A DNA stretch of 64,000 bases from Nitrospira sp. (lineage in GTDB: Bacteria; Nitrospirota; Nitrospiria; Nitrospirales; Nitrospiraceae), in NCBI GenBank assembly GCA_047150005.1, contig AP038806.1, positions 1,984,001 through 2,048,000 on the forward strand. The letters are read 5' to 3'. Of the stretch, positions 15,838 through 26,480 are shown piece after piece. The notes under the pieces were generated by a model that worked only from the letters and a program-made list of their open reading frames with translations, ran no database searches and was not told the DNA's origin. The stretch's first letter is position 1. Each line of letters opens with the position of its first letter. A program made the position numbers and the translations under genes.

Positions 15838-18800
15838 ATGGGTGCATCGACAAAGTGGGTATGGGCGGGAATGGCAGGACTGTCAACCTGCCTCTGGTTG
15901 ACCGGGACAATGTCTGCTCTGGCGGCGATGTCGCATGACGCGCACGTCCCGACGGATGAGCAGGCCGATGTTGCGACGCCGGTCCATGCGCAAGCTGGTC
16001 CGATGTTGCAAAATAAGATGTCGAAGGCCGTCGAGCAGATCGAGCGGGAAGTCAAGAGCAAGGGCCCGTTTCAGGGCGCTGGTGCGCACGCCATGCAGCA
16101 GGGCGTGCTGCTTGTGGCGGAGGATCCGGACAAGGTGAAAGTGACTCATGGGGCGCGTTGCCCGGTCAATGCCCCTGTTCGCACCTATGACATAACGGCC
16201 ATCAACGTCGAGATCACCGTGAACCGGTTCGGAGACTTCTATCCCGGCTACATGTATGTCCTCAGCGAGAACGTAACCGGCGTGCGGGAGGAAGAGGCCA
16301 AGAACAAGGCTGCCCGGGAGAGCGAAGACCCCACATTTTCCGCAGGGGCCGTGTCGAACGGCTTGCAGGGCGACTTGATCCAACCGCTCGTGATCAGGGC
16401 GAACCAGGGCGATTGCTTGCGAGTGACGTTGAAAAACGAAATTGCCGATGAGCCGACGAATATGATCATCAATGGCTCTCAGATGCTCGTGGCAAGCACC
16501 GGGAAGCCGGCGACGGCCAACAACCCTGATGCCTTAGTCGCGGCGGGAAAGACCGGCGAATTCGAATGGTATATCCCGATCGACCTGCAGGAGGGCGGCC
16601 GTGCCTTCCACAGCCACGCGACGCGGGATCAATATTCCCTGGGCATGCTGGGTTCGCTCGTGGTGGAACCGCGCGGATCCCGCTATCTCAGCCCGTTCAC
16701 TGCGGAAGAGATGAAGAGCGGATGGGAAGCCATGATCGACGTGGCCGACGCCTCGGACTTCCGAGAGTTCGTGATCTTCTATCACGAGGCAGGAGACGAG
16801 ACATTCCGTCTGCTGGATCGGAAGGGCGACATGCTCCCGCAGCGGGATCCCCATACGGATACCTATCGTCCGGCGGCGCGGTTGTTGAACTACCGCAGTG
16901 AACCGCACGGCACGCGGCTCGAACTCCAGCACCATCTCGTCGGGTTTTCCGACGAATCCCAGGGCTACGGCTCCTATACGTTCGGCGACCCGGCGACCAC
17001 GATCCCGCGATCTTATTTGGGCGATCCGGCAAAGTTCCGGATGATCGGTGGGTCGGAAATTGTCCACTCGCATCACTTGCATGGCGGATCGATCCGGTGG
17101 GCGAGACAGCCCGGCACCAGCAAGCTCGATCCGACGTTATCGAAGAATGGCCCCGTTAAGTTCCCCCCGATCAGCGATGTCTCAGACCGTCTGGACGTCC
17201 AATCGATCGGTCCTTCGGAGATCTACGACGAAGTGAACGAAGGCGGATCAGGCGGGTTGCAGGCGCTCGCGGGAGAATTTGTGTTCCACTGCCACATTCC
17301 GCAACATTATGTGACAGGCATGTGGGGCTTCTGGCGTGTCTATAACACGTTGCAGGCGCCGGGAATCCAAACGGACGTGATGAAGCCGCTGGTGGAATTG
17401 CCCGACCGCAAGGGCAAGATCAAGGCGGCGGTCAACTCGGACAAGCTGGTCGGCACGACGGTCGACTGGTACGGGGGGAAGAAATACGAAATAACCAAGG
17501 ACAAGACTGATTGGAAGGCGAATCCGGTCAAGGTCTCGATCAAGGATTGGGTCGAGTACATGCTGCCGCCGCAGGGCTTGCCCGGCAAGACGGAGGATCA
17601 GGTCAAGCAGGCCCAGGCGCATGATGCGACGGTCGTAAACTGGAAGTGGGAAGGAGACTTGGCGCTCAACGAGCCTGAGACGCCACATAAGTGGGCGGAC
17701 TACGTGTCGCCGACGCCGCTGAAGCGTCCGGCGATCACGTTCGATCCGCAGACGGGCAAGTTGGCATTTCCTTGGCTGCGGCCGCATCTCGGCAAGCGGC
17801 CGCCGTTTGCGCCAAACCATGGAGGCGCGCCGTGGCTGGAGCCCTTCCGGGTCCGTGAAGACGGAACACGAAGCACGGAGCAGGCCAAGCCAGGCGAGCA
17901 AGGGCCCTGGAGCCTCTGCCCAGAAAATTCCCCGCGGAAGTTCTATACCATCCATTCCATTACGCTGCCGATCACTCTCAAGCCGTCGACGCCGAAATCC
18001 GCGGCGATCGTCGATCCGATCGGCATGATCTACGTGCTGCATGAAGAGGAGGATGAAGTCCGCAAGAATCCCAAAAAGCAGGTTCCGCTGGTCATCCGCG
18101 GGAACGTGTACGACTGCGTCGATATCATCTTCAAGAATGAAATCCCGGACGATGCACGGACGGGATGGGCAAACAAGATCAATCTTCACCCGCATTTCTT
18201 CCAGTTCGACACGAGCGCGTCCGACGGTCCGACGATCGGATTTTCGTACGACATGTCATTGCGGGCCTTCACCATGCTGGAAGACCCGCAGCCGGACAAG
18301 GGGATGCCTCTTCCGGGCAATACGGTGCTGACGGCCGATACCAAAGCCGGGGCACGCAGCGTTACGGTGAAGAACACGTCAAAGTTCCACGTGAATACTG
18401 AACTGGGCGTGGGCATGGACGATCCCAAATATTTCGAAGTCGTGCGGATCAAGGAGATCAAGGGCAATACGATCACCTTTGATGCGGCTCTGAAATACGG
18501 CCATCGCAAGAACGACATCGCCAGTGTCGAGTTCATTCGTGAACGCTGGTACGTGGATTCAGATTTCGGAACCGTCTACTGGCACGATCACGTCTTCGGG
18601 ACCGATACCTGGGGCCATGGGTTGTTCTCCGCGTTCATTACCGAGCCACCCCGCTCGACCTATCATGACCCGGTGACGGGTAAAGAGATCCGTAGCGGTC
18701 CCATTGCAGACATCCACACGTTGGAGCCGGTGTCTGCGCACATCCGCGGCAGTTTCCGTGAAGTCATGATGCACATCATGGATAGCAATGCGCGGAGCGC

Positions 18801-20580
18801 AGAATTGATCCTCACCGACAATCCGCAGGCGAGAACGGGGGCGGTGACCGTCGACGGTCCTCCGTCGCACCAATTCCCTGAGCGGATCAACAAGTCGGCG
18901 ATGTGGTTCCTCAACGGCGGAGAAGCCACGACCGGCAGCGGCTACAGCATGAGAGTCGAGCCGTTGAGCGTACGATTGGCCAATAATTCGGATCCATCGA
19001 AGTTGTTCGTGTCGGGTATCCACGGAGATCCCGGCACTCCGTTGCTGAGGGCATACTTGGGTGATCCGATTCTGGTGCGCGCACTGGTGGGATCGGCCAA
19101 CGAAGTCCATACCTGGCACGTGACCGGTCACTGGTTCCCGATGGAACGGTACGGCACCACGGCGATGCCGCGGAGCACGATCCATCTGGCGATCGGTGAA
19201 CGGTATGACCCGGCGATTCCGGCTGCAGGCGGTCCGCAGCAGAAGGCCGGAGACTATCTCTATTACAGCGGACGCGCTTCCCACTTTGCGGAAGGCAGTT
19301 GGGGACTCTTCCGGGTCCTCGACGAGCTGCAGGGGGATCTGAAGCCTCTACCGGGCCGAGAGCAGATTCAAAAGTCGGCGCCATCGGTCTGCCCGGCCGA
19401 TGCGCCGGTCAAGACGTTCAACGTGTCGGCGGTCGATCAGAACATCCGGTACCACGAAGGAGCGCCGGGCGTGATGGAAGTCGATCTTGAACGGAAGATG
19501 GTCTTCGGGAACGAGCAGGGCAAGATGTACGTGCTCGACGGCGATCGTGGACGGGTGAAGTCCGGAGAATTGCGGCCGAGCCCGCTGACGCTACACGTGA
19601 ACGTCGGCGATTGCATGAAGATCAACCTGAAAAATGAAATGGCGAAGGAACGGGCCGGATTCCACGTCGACATGATGGCGTTCGATCCGAAGGACTCGTT
19701 CGGCGCCAACGTCGGCAACAATCCCGGCGATCAAACGATCGGGTCGGGTGAGAACAAGACGTATACGTTTTACGCGCATCCTCAGTATGGCGAACTGGCC
19801 GCCCTCATCCAGGACTGGGGGAACGTGGTCGAGAATCCGCGCAACGGTCTGTTCGGCTCGATCATCATCGGTCCGAAGGGTTCGCGCTATCGCGATCCAA
19901 TCACCGGTGAAGACATTGCGATGAAAAGCAGCTGGCGAGCGGATGTGATCGTAGATCGGTCCATTCCAGGCCACGAAAGCCGGAAGAACTACCGCGATTT
20001 CTCCTTGATGTTCCAGGATGAGGACAACATCGTGGGAGTCAGTTTCATGCCCTACATTCAACAGGTGGCCGGCATTACCGCCGTCAACTATCGTTCGGAA
20101 CCGGCAGCCTGGAGAATGGAAAAAGGATGTGAGTTATCCGAAGTCTTCAGCTGCGTCAAGGCCGGCGATACGCCCTCCACGCCGTTGTTGCAGGCGCATG
20201 TGGGCGATCCCGTCGCCATCCATGTCCTGGGCGCATTCAGCGAACAGGTGCAGCTGTTTACGGTGGACGGCCATGAATGGCCGCACGAACCGTATATGCA
20301 GGGTGCAGATCAGGTCAGCACGATGGAATTTGGCGGATCCGAAGTCATCAATGCGTACCTGACCGGAGGAGCCGGAGGTCCGAACAAGATCGTGGGCGAT
20401 TATCTGTGGAAGAACCAGCGTCCCGCCTTTGCCAATGCGGGGCAGTGGGGTCTGTTCAAGGTATTGCCGATTGAAGATCAGCGGATTCTTCCGCTGATGC
20501 CTCAGGTTCCGCCCACCAAGACGGCGGAACAAGAGAGCGGACCGGCGACGATTTCCCGCACATCGCTGGTCGAACAATAG
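15838..20580 (+). CDS. giant secreted multicopper oxidase 2 (paralog of 6492-11240)
   Basis: FHSHA, HSHHLHG, FHCHIPQHYVTGM, LHPH, WHDH, HTWHVTGH; Sec-type signal; ATG 15838 follows GAGGAGG. Confidence 0.88.
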   Translation: MGASTKWVWAGMAGLSTCLWLTGTMSALAAMSHDAHVPTDEQADVATPVHAQAGPMLQNKMSKAVEQIEREVKSKGPFQGAGAHAMQQGVLLVAEDPDKVKVTHGARCPVNAPVRTYDITAINVEITVNRFGDFYPGYMYVLSENVTGVREEEAKNKAARESEDPTFSAGAVSNGLQGDLIQPLVIRANQGDCLRVTLKNEIADEPTNMIINGSQMLVASTGKPATANNPDALVAAGKTGEFEWYIPIDLQEGGRAFHSHATRDQYSLGMLGSLVVEPRGSRYLSPFTAEEMKSGWEAMIDVADASDFREFVIFYHEAGDETFRLLDRKGDMLPQRDPHTDTYRPAARLLNYRSEPHGTRLELQHHLVGFSDESQGYGSYTFGDPATTIPRSYLGDPAKFRMIGGSEIVHSHHLHGGSIRWARQPGTSKLDPTLSKNGPVKFPPISDVSDRLDVQSIGPSEIYDEVNEGGSGGLQALAGEFVFHCHIPQHYVTGMWGFWRVYNTLQAPGIQTDVMKPLVELPDRKGKIKAAVNSDKLVGTTVDWYGGKKYEITKDKTDWKANPVKVSIKDWVEYMLPPQGLPGKTEDQVKQAQAHDATVVNWKWEGDLALNEPETPHKWADYVSPTPLKRPAITFDPQTGKLAFPWLRPHLGKRPPFAPNHGGAPWLEPFRVREDGTRSTEQAKPGEQGPWSLCPENSPRKFYTIHSITLPITLKPSTPKSAAIVDPIGMIYVLHEEEDEVRKNPKKQVPLVIRGNVYDCVDIIFKNEIPDDARTGWANKINLHPHFFQFDTSASDGPTIGFSYDMSLRAFTMLEDPQPDKGMPLPGNTVLTADTKAGARSVTVKNTSKFHVNTELGVGMDDPKYFEVVRIKEIKGNTITFDAALKYGHRKNDIASVEFIRERWYVDSDFGTVYWHDHVFGTDTWGHGLFSAFITEPPRSTYHDPVTGKEIRSGPIADIHTLEPVSAHIRGSFREVMMHIMDSNARSAELILTDNPQARTGAVTVDGPPSHQFPERINKSAMWFLNGGEATTGSGYSMRVEPLSVRLANNSDPSKLFVSGIHGDPGTPLLRAYLGDPILVRALVGSANEVHTWHVTGHWFPMERYGTTAMPRSTIHLAIGERYDPAIPAAGGPQQKAGDYLYYSGRASHFAEGSWGLFRVLDELQGDLKPLPGREQIQKSAPSVCPADAPVKTFNVSAVDQNIRYHEGAPGVMEVDLERKMVFGNEQGKMYVLDGDRGRVKSGELRPSPLTLHVNVGDCMKINLKNEMAKERAGFHVDMMAFDPKDSFGANVGNNPGDQTIGSGENKTYTFYAHPQYGELAALIQDWGNVVENPRNGLFGSIIIGPKGSRYRDPITGEDIAMKSSWRADVIVDRSIPGHESRKNYRDFSLMFQDEDNIVGVSFMPYIQQVAGITAVNYRSEPAAWRMEKGCELSEVFSCVKAGDTPSTPLLQAHVGDPVAIHVLGAFSEQVQLFTVDGHEWPHEPYMQGADQVSTMEFGGSEVINAYLTGGAGGPNKIVGDYLWKNQRPAFANAGQWGLFKVLPIEDQRILPLMPQVPPTKTAEQESGPATISRTSLVEQ

Positions 20581-20588
20581 GAGAAGAA

Positions 20589-20692
20589 CAGGCGGTGTCT
20601 TGATCGCGAGGTCGAGACGCCGCCTGAAGGTATGACAAGCGGATCAGGGCCCTTCAGAGTGGGGGAGCGTATTGTTCCCCCGTCCTCTTTCT
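20589..20692 (+). terminator. two hairpins after oxidase 2 (stabiliser / partial terminator)
   Basis: CAGGCGGTGTCTTGATC-GCGA-GGTCGAGACGCCGCCTG (20589-20626) and GGGGGAGC-GTATT-GTTCCCCC (20661-20681) with a pyrimidine-rich tail. Confidence 0.45.
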
Positions 20693-20721
20693 CATTCGTG
20701 GTGTGAATATGGAGGGTCAGT

Positions 20722-21486
20722 ATGCCGAAGCGAGAGTTCGCCCTGTGGAGTGCCCTGTTGCTCCTCGCCGGTACGCTGGGCTCGATACCGGCGCTGGCCT
20801 ATGAAGAAGCGGCGGTCTCGAACGGTGGTAGAGCGACAGGTACCGTGACCTTTTCCGGGGACGTGCCGGCGCCGGTAGCCTTCGAACTCCGACGATATCC
20901 CGATCGAGTCTATTGCGGCGCCCTGTCCGATGGCTCCGGTTATCGCCACCTTCGGCAGGTAGCCGTTGGAGAGCAGCGGGGGCTCAAGGACGTCATCCTT
21001 ACGATAGAAGGAGTCCAAAAGGGAAAACCGTTCGAACTCCAGGAAACCAAGCTCGAGGCCAATATCTGCCAATTTGTGCCGTTCGTCTCCGTCATGAGGG
21101 AGCATCATCCACTGACGGTGAAGAACCTGGATTCGGTTTCGCATGATTTGCAGATCTATGAGCGCGAGCGTGAGCATATCTTTATCATGTTTCACCGACC
21201 GGCCCTGACTAGGGAGGGCACCAGCGATACGATCCGTTTTACAGGAAATCGTCGGGGGGTCACCATGCAGTGCGGCATGCATCCCTACATGCAGGGGCAT
21301 GGTTTGGCAGTGGAGAATCCATATTATGCCATTACCGACTTGGATGGAACCTTTTCCATTAATGATCTTCCTGCTGGCACCTATCGGCTCAAGGCCTGGC
21401 ATCCCGTCCTGGGAGAGAAAGAGCAGACCGTGACGATCGCTGAGAACGTCACCACCTCATCGGTGTTCAACTTCGAAGCGAATTAA
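20722..21486 (+). CDS. exported cupredoxin-like / carboxypeptidase-regulatory-like domain protein, copy 2
   Basis: Paralog of 11993-12754: FELRRYPDRVxCGALS, ANICQF, SHDLQ, CGMHPYM. Confidence 0.78.
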   Translation: MPKREFALWSALLLLAGTLGSIPALAYEEAAVSNGGRATGTVTFSGDVPAPVAFELRRYPDRVYCGALSDGSGYRHLRQVAVGEQRGLKDVILTIEGVQKGKPFELQETKLEANICQFVPFVSVMREHHPLTVKNLDSVSHDLQIYEREREHIFIMFHRPALTREGTSDTIRFTGNRRGVTMQCGMHPYMQGHGLAVENPYYAITDLDGTFSINDLPAGTYRLKAWHPVLGEKEQTVTIAENVTTSSVFNFEAN

Positions 21487-21489
21487 CTG

Positions 21490-21996
21490 ATGAACTGGTC
21501 ACGATACTTGCTTATAGGTCTGCTGGTGGCTCATGCCGGTATGGTTGGGGTAGTCTCGGCATTTGCCGAAGGGCAGCCGCTGTCCCCTGTGTCTCGAGTC
21601 GAGGTGGTGTTGGGCCGTCAGTATAAGAACCAAGTGGCGGAATTAGCCGAGGAGTTCGCTCAAGCCGGGATGAAGAATGTCCATTTCCAATTCGCCAGAC
21701 GCGGACAACCTCCTCAGAATATTGGATTGGGTAGAGAGGTGCCCGCCGACAAGGCGCGAGAGGTGATTCGATTGGCGCTGAAATACAATCTTGGCGTCGA
21801 AATTCTATTGCCGGAACGGCTCTTTCCCCCTCGCTTCGTGACGATCGCATCTTCCAACTTCGACGATACAGTCGAGTATCGCATCGACCAGAACACCCTT
21901 GCCAAGCTTCAGGACCCAAGTTTGACCACGGAAGAATTTCACCGCATCTATCATCAACTCACCTGGCCGCCGAAAGAGATCCAGCGACGATACTGA
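21490..21996 (+). CDS. conserved hypothetical exported protein, copy 2
   Basis: Paralog of 12751-13272; signal peptide ending AFA. Confidence 0.75.
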   Translation: MNWSRYLLIGLLVAHAGMVGVVSAFAEGQPLSPVSRVEVVLGRQYKNQVAELAEEFAQAGMKNVHFQFARRGQPPQNIGLGREVPADKAREVIRLALKYNLGVEILLPERLFPPRFVTIASSNFDDTVEYRIDQNTLAKLQDPSLTTEEFHRIYHQLTWPPKEIQRRY

Positions 21997-22612
21997 GCAA
22001 GTCGTACCCAAGCATCTCGCGATGACAGAGGAATGTTCTTGCTCGGCCTTGTGTAGAGTTTCGACGGCCTTGGGAATCCTACGATCAAAGCCCATGCCGT
22101 GACACGAGAGTCAGTCTCTTTGCTTGGATTGACAAGTGCGATCAGCAATTAGGTAAGCTCATTGTCGTGCCCCTGTTTGCGATAAGCAATTCTCATCATC
22201 CCTTGCTACAGCCGGGACAGCAGCCTAGGTCCTCTTTCAGCAGCCATGTTTCCGCGGGAGCGCTTGCTTGTCTCTAGGGCATGGGTGATCTGCAGTCGGC
22301 ACAACAATGGGCTCAAAATGTTGAGGGATTGCGTAGATACGGTATATCTCTAAATCCCCCGCGAAAGCTGCATAGATTTTCTTCGATTCCTGGGGGTATC
22401 TTAGACACTAGGAACCGCAAGACGTAGGAGGTCGAAGCGTGGTAACCTATAATCAGCTTCGGAGGACCATCAGACAGCACCGGCAGGCTTGGACAAGGCA
22501 TTGCCCTTGTTGTGGCAAGTGGTTGAGGAAACAAGATCCATCAGCTCCTTGGGTATGTGCGTGTGGTTGGCATGGTTGATTAGGGTGTGGTTCCCAAGAT
22601 GAAGGAGGCATC

Positions 22613-22759
22613 ATGCAACATTATTTCCTCCACGATGTCCGTGCAGGGTTTCTTCTGTTGGTCGGGTTTGCGATGCTCGCATTGATCTGCGCGGTGGCAG
22701 CCTTGAGCACGGTCATGCGACCGGTTCGCTGGGCAGATCGGCGTGGAAGCCACTATTGA
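22613..22759 (+). CDS. small single-TM membrane protein (48 aa), below the ORF-track cutoff
   Basis: AAGGAGG RBS upstream of ATG; MQHYFLHDVRAGFLLLVGFAMLALICAVAALSTVMRPVRWADRRGSHY. Confidence 0.55.
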   Translation: MQHYFLHDVRAGFLLLVGFAMLALICAVAALSTVMRPVRWADRRGSHY

Positions 22760-22964
22760 TCGAAGGTCGTGATTCCTCTGGTATTTCGCCGTCCCGCCCC
22801 AGTTCTCCTCGGGTCACTCGCTAAATAAAGCCTCTGCCCTGCACGCACAACCCATTGATTGTAGTGCTATTTGTGGGCCAGTCTCGCCTTCCGTGTCCCC
22901 ACGCAAGCCGGTGCTATAGTTGTTCTACGCCTGGTAATTCACAACACGAGGGGATGAGGGATTT

Positions 22965-23666
22965 ATGAACTGCAGAATAGCGACAGTGAGTCGGGTTGCC
23001 GCCGCATGCGCTTTACTGGTGGTCAGCGAGGGCTGCGGGCTAAAGTGGTTGCAATCGGATGGGGCAGAGCAAACAGGGTCCCAGAATAGTCGGGTAGACA
23101 GAGCGAATAGCTCGGCCGATGGCTTAGGGGAGTGGCAGGGGCAAGGTGTCAACCCCAACTTTCCCGCCGTCACGCGGGAGGATCTACGGGGCGACTTGAG
23201 CGGATTCTCGCAAAATCCGGCCGAAGAACGTCTTGCTCATGGACATGCAGCCTCCCCCAGATCGTATGCCGGCATGAATGTGATGCAACATGCGGAGTTG
23301 ACGAAAGAAGAGAGGGCTGCGATTGATGCCGGACTGCGGGATGTCTTTTTTAGCTATGATCAATGGACACTCTCCGAAAACGGTATGGCATCGCTGAACC
23401 ATGATGCCGACTGGTTGAAGCAACATCCTGGTGCAGTGATGAAGGTCGAGGGACACTGCGATGAACGAGGAACAACCGACTATAACGTGGTGCTTGGGGA
23501 CAAGCGGGCCAAGAGTGCTCGCACCTACCTGATCGAACTTGGTGTGAATCCCAAACAGGTCGCGATTATTTCCTATGGCAAGGAGCGTCCGTTTTGCTTG
23601 GATCACACGGAACCATGCTATCAGCAGAATCGTCGAGGGCACGTGTTGCTGAAGCTCAAGAAGTAA
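22965..23666 (+). CDS. pal: peptidoglycan-associated lipoprotein (OmpA family)
   Basis: Lipobox-like SEGC; VFFSYD, EGHCDERGTTDYNVVLGDKRA, SYGKERP, NRR. Confidence 0.85.
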   Translation: MNCRIATVSRVAAACALLVVSEGCGLKWLQSDGAEQTGSQNSRVDRANSSADGLGEWQGQGVNPNFPAVTREDLRGDLSGFSQNPAEERLAHGHAASPRSYAGMNVMQHAELTKEERAAIDAGLRDVFFSYDQWTLSENGMASLNHDADWLKQHPGAVMKVEGHCDERGTTDYNVVLGDKRAKSARTYLIELGVNPKQVAIISYGKERPFCLDHTEPCYQQNRRGHVLLKLKK

Positions 23667-23776
23667 TTTCTTCACTAGTCAGATCATTCCAGCGAGCCTC
23701 GACGCGAATTCCGGTAACGTCGTCAAGGCTCGCTGTTTTTGTAAGCCATATGGAGAACCTTCAGCCAAGGAGCATC

Positions 23777-24127
23777 ATGGCCCTAAGACTGCAATCAGTT
23801 AAAGAAAGTGAGCCTATCGACAAGCGAACACACCCACGGTTCACTGCGCAGTTTCGAAGTACCTTCTCCGGCGGGCAACGTGAAGGACAGGGAAAGACGT
23901 TGGACCTTTCCAGCGGAGGTTGCCGAATCGAAAGCGAACAGGTGGTCGTCCTCGGTGCGACGTTCGAATGCAGAATCCATGTGCCAGGTTTGAATTGGCC
24001 CCTTCGCATCGATGAAGCACAGGTTCGGTGGGTGAAAGGAAAGGCGTTTGGTGTTCAGTTCACTTCCATACAGCCGCAAGAGCGGGCAAAGCTGAAGCAG
24101 GTCATCACTCATCTCACGCTTCAATAG
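23777..24127 (+). CDS. PilZ domain protein
   Basis: RTHPR (RxxxR) and DLSSGG (DxSxxG) c-di-GMP motifs; AAGGAG RBS before ATG 23777. Confidence 0.85.
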   Translation: MALRLQSVKESEPIDKRTHPRFTAQFRSTFSGGQREGQGKTLDLSSGGCRIESEQVVVLGATFECRIHVPGLNWPLRIDEAQVRWVKGKAFGVQFTSIQPQERAKLKQVITHLTLQ

Positions 24128-24265
24128 TCTTGCTTGTCTCGTCTTGACGCCTCACAATTGGCCGCTGGCAGGCTCATCGCAGCCAGCGCTCTCGAGTTAC
24201 AACCGAGTTCCATGATATATCTGATGCAAGCTGGACGGTCGCCGTATCCAGCCGGGGAGAACATT

Positions 24266-24802
24266 GTGCAACACGAAATTGCGATTCTGGCCGGCGGATG
24301 CTTCTGGTGCCTCGAGGCCGTGTACGATCAGCTGCAAGGAGTGCATTCTGTCGAATCAGGATACATCGGGGGGAAGCTGGAGAACCCAACATATGAGTCC
24401 GTTTGCGGAGGCCAAACGGGGCACGCCGAGGCCGTGAAGATAACATTCGACCCACGTGTGGTCGACTATCGGACATTGCTGCAGATATTTTTCGTCATCC
24501 ATGACCCGACAACATTGAATCGCCAGGGCCATGACGTTGGAACTCAGTACCGGTCCGCGATCTTCTACCATACACCTGCGCAGAAACGAATCGCGGAAGA
24601 AACAATTGCCCTGCTGGCCGAACAACGAATTTATCCCAATCCGATTGTGACAGAAGTCGTCCCCTCAGAACGATGGTACGAAGCCGAGCCCTATCACCAG
24701 GAATACTTCGCCCGCAATCCCTTCCAGGGCTATTGCACAGCGGTGGTGGGACCGAAGGTGGCAAAGTTCCGGAAGCAGTTTGCCGTCAAGTTGAAACCCT
24801 AG
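24266..24802 (+). CDS. msrA: peptide-methionine (S)-S-oxide reductase
   Basis: GGCFWC, GHAEAV, HDPTTLNRQGHDVGTQYRS, AEPYHQEY, GYC; GTG start after GGGGAG. Confidence 0.95.
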   Translation: MQHEIAILAGGCFWCLEAVYDQLQGVHSVESGYIGGKLENPTYESVCGGQTGHAEAVKITFDPRVVDYRTLLQIFFVIHDPTTLNRQGHDVGTQYRSAIFYHTPAQKRIAEETIALLAEQRIYPNPIVTEVVPSERWYEAEPYHQEYFARNPFQGYCTAVVGPKVAKFRKQFAVKLKP

Positions 24803-24828
24803 CGCCAGCCTCTTCGTTCTCATCACCG

Positions 24829-25254
24829 CTATCTGAACCAATCGAGGAAATGCATCGTGGCTCGCCCCCACAGGGCCTGTTTTTGGGTGATCTGTTGCAT
24901 CGACAGCAGCACTTCAGCTTGCGGTGGGCAGAACGGCCATTCAATCGCGGTCTTCCCTTGAACCTTCGCCAAGATGCGTCCGTCGGCCTGCTCAACTGGT
25001 GGCGTGAGCACCATCAACGGATCATCAGGGTCAAGCAGGCAGGAGCCATCGAACCTCGCGCGCTCAAAGAGCAGCGAATTAGCCAGAGGAACTGTAATGG
25101 ACCCATCCGAGAAGATCGTGTCCCCTTCTCGAACGGGTCCTGGTGGCGCGATTGAGTAGAGGATGAGCGGCGTCGCAACCATCAACAGCACAACGAGACC
25201 CATGGCCCATAGCGGAGGACCAGGATCCGGTCGGTCATCTGGAGCGGAAGACAT
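24829..25254 (-). CDS. hypothetical membrane-anchored protein
   Basis: N-terminal TM helix; follows ttcA closely on the same strand. Confidence 0.6.
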   Translation of the reverse strand: MSSAPDDRPDPGPPLWAMGLVVLLMVATPLILYSIAPPGPVREGDTIFSDGSITVPLANSLLFERARFDGSCLLDPDDPLMVLTPPVEQADGRILAKVQGKTAIEWPFCPPQAEVLLSMQQITQKQALWGRATMHFLDWFR

Positions 25255-25265
25255 GGAGGTAGAGG

Positions 25266-26138
25266 TCAGGTGGGAGCCGCGTGTTCTTCGTCGAGCCAGG
25301 CATCCTCGTTGCCGCCGCCCTCCTGACTCGAGTCCAGAGAAAAGAAGTCAAACAATCCTCTATCCAGCAGCAGCGAGGGAGCGACGTTCGACAGGGCCGC
25401 GAACATGCTGTCCGTACACCCCGGGATGCGCTGTTCCCAGTTGCGAAGGAACTCTTTGACCTCCTTGCGCTTGAGGTTCGGTTGGGAGCCGCAGAGGTCG
25501 CAAGGAATGATCGGAAAGCCGCGTAGCTCGGCGTAACGAGCTAGGTCGGTTTCTCGCACCGCCGCCAAAGGCCGAATAATCAAGTGTCTCTTGTCCTTTG
25601 ACCGCAATTTCGGCGGCATGGTCTTGAGCTTTCCTGTAAACAGTAGATTGAGCAGCAGGGTTTCAAGAATGTCATCCCGATGATGGCCAAGGGCGATCTT
25701 GGTGGCACCCACCTCCCCCGCGATACGATAGAGATGACCTCGGCGGAGTCGTGAGCAGAGAGAGCAGGTCGTCTGGCCCTCCGGAATCAAACGCTTCACG
25801 ATCGAATAGGTGTCCCGCGTCTCAATATGAAACGGTATCCCTACAGACGTTAAATACTCGGGCAATACGTGGGCCGGGAACCCGGGCTGTTTTTGATCTA
25901 AGTTGACGGCAATCAGGTTGAATCGAATCGGAGCTTTCTTCTGCAGAGCGAGCAGCAGGTCCAGCAGACCATAACTGTCCTTCCCCCCTGATAGACACAC
26001 CATGATCCGGTCGCCTGCTTCGATCAAACCATAGTCGACGATAGTTTGGCCGACCTGACGCAGCAAGTGAATCTGAAGTCGTTCAGTGGCTTCGTCGAGC
26101 TTGGGTGTGGAGAGCACACGATGAGGCGATCGCGACAT
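25266..26138 (-). CDS. ttcA: tRNA 2-thiocytidine(32) synthetase
   Basis: SGGKDS PP-loop, [35 protein letters not shown]. Confidence 0.95.
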   Translation of the reverse strand: MSRSPHRVLSTPKLDEATERLQIHLLRQVGQTIVDYGLIEAGDRIMVCLSGGKDSYGLLDLLLALQKKAPIRFNLIAVNLDQKQPGFPAHVLPEYLTSVGIPFHIETRDTYSIVKRLIPEGQTTCSLCSRLRRGHLYRIAGEVGATKIALGHHRDDILETLLLNLLFTGKLKTMPPKLRSKDKRHLIIRPLAAVRETDLARYAELRGFPIIPCDLCGSQPNLKRKEVKEFLRNWEQRIPGCTDSMFAALSNVAPSLLLDRGLFDFFSLDSSQEGGGNEDAWLDEEHAAPT

Positions 26139-26480
26139 GGTTCCGCATTGTACAAGCTCGATCGTTTATCTGTCGATCTGCCAGAGCGCGACCGGTACCG
26201 TTCTGCGATTCACCGCGGCGGCTCATTCCGCGCGTCTGATTGCAAGCAGCACCGCAGGACATCAAGACTTGCGAGTCAGAGCGGTCACCACCGTGCGTAA
26301 GTCGTCCCTTGCTGCAATGAATCTGAGGCAACTACAGCTGCGAAACCCCGCAGTTCTTTCTTGGACGCCAGCGACAAATTTTTACCAGTGACCACAAACG
26401 GTCGGGCCGATTAAGCGACGCGATGGCCAGGCTGGGCCTGGTATATTGTACTTGTCGCCTATACGATCAGCGGAGTTGGG

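Noticed and set aside
22178..22200. Fur-box-like GATAAGCAATTCTCATC
   Set aside because: Half-site spacing does not fit 7-1-7 and there is no clear target gene
589..22900. tRNA-anchored genomic island or prophage
   Set aside because: No integrase, transposase or duplicated tRNA 3' end seen; TTCGATTCC near 22382 does not match the tRNA
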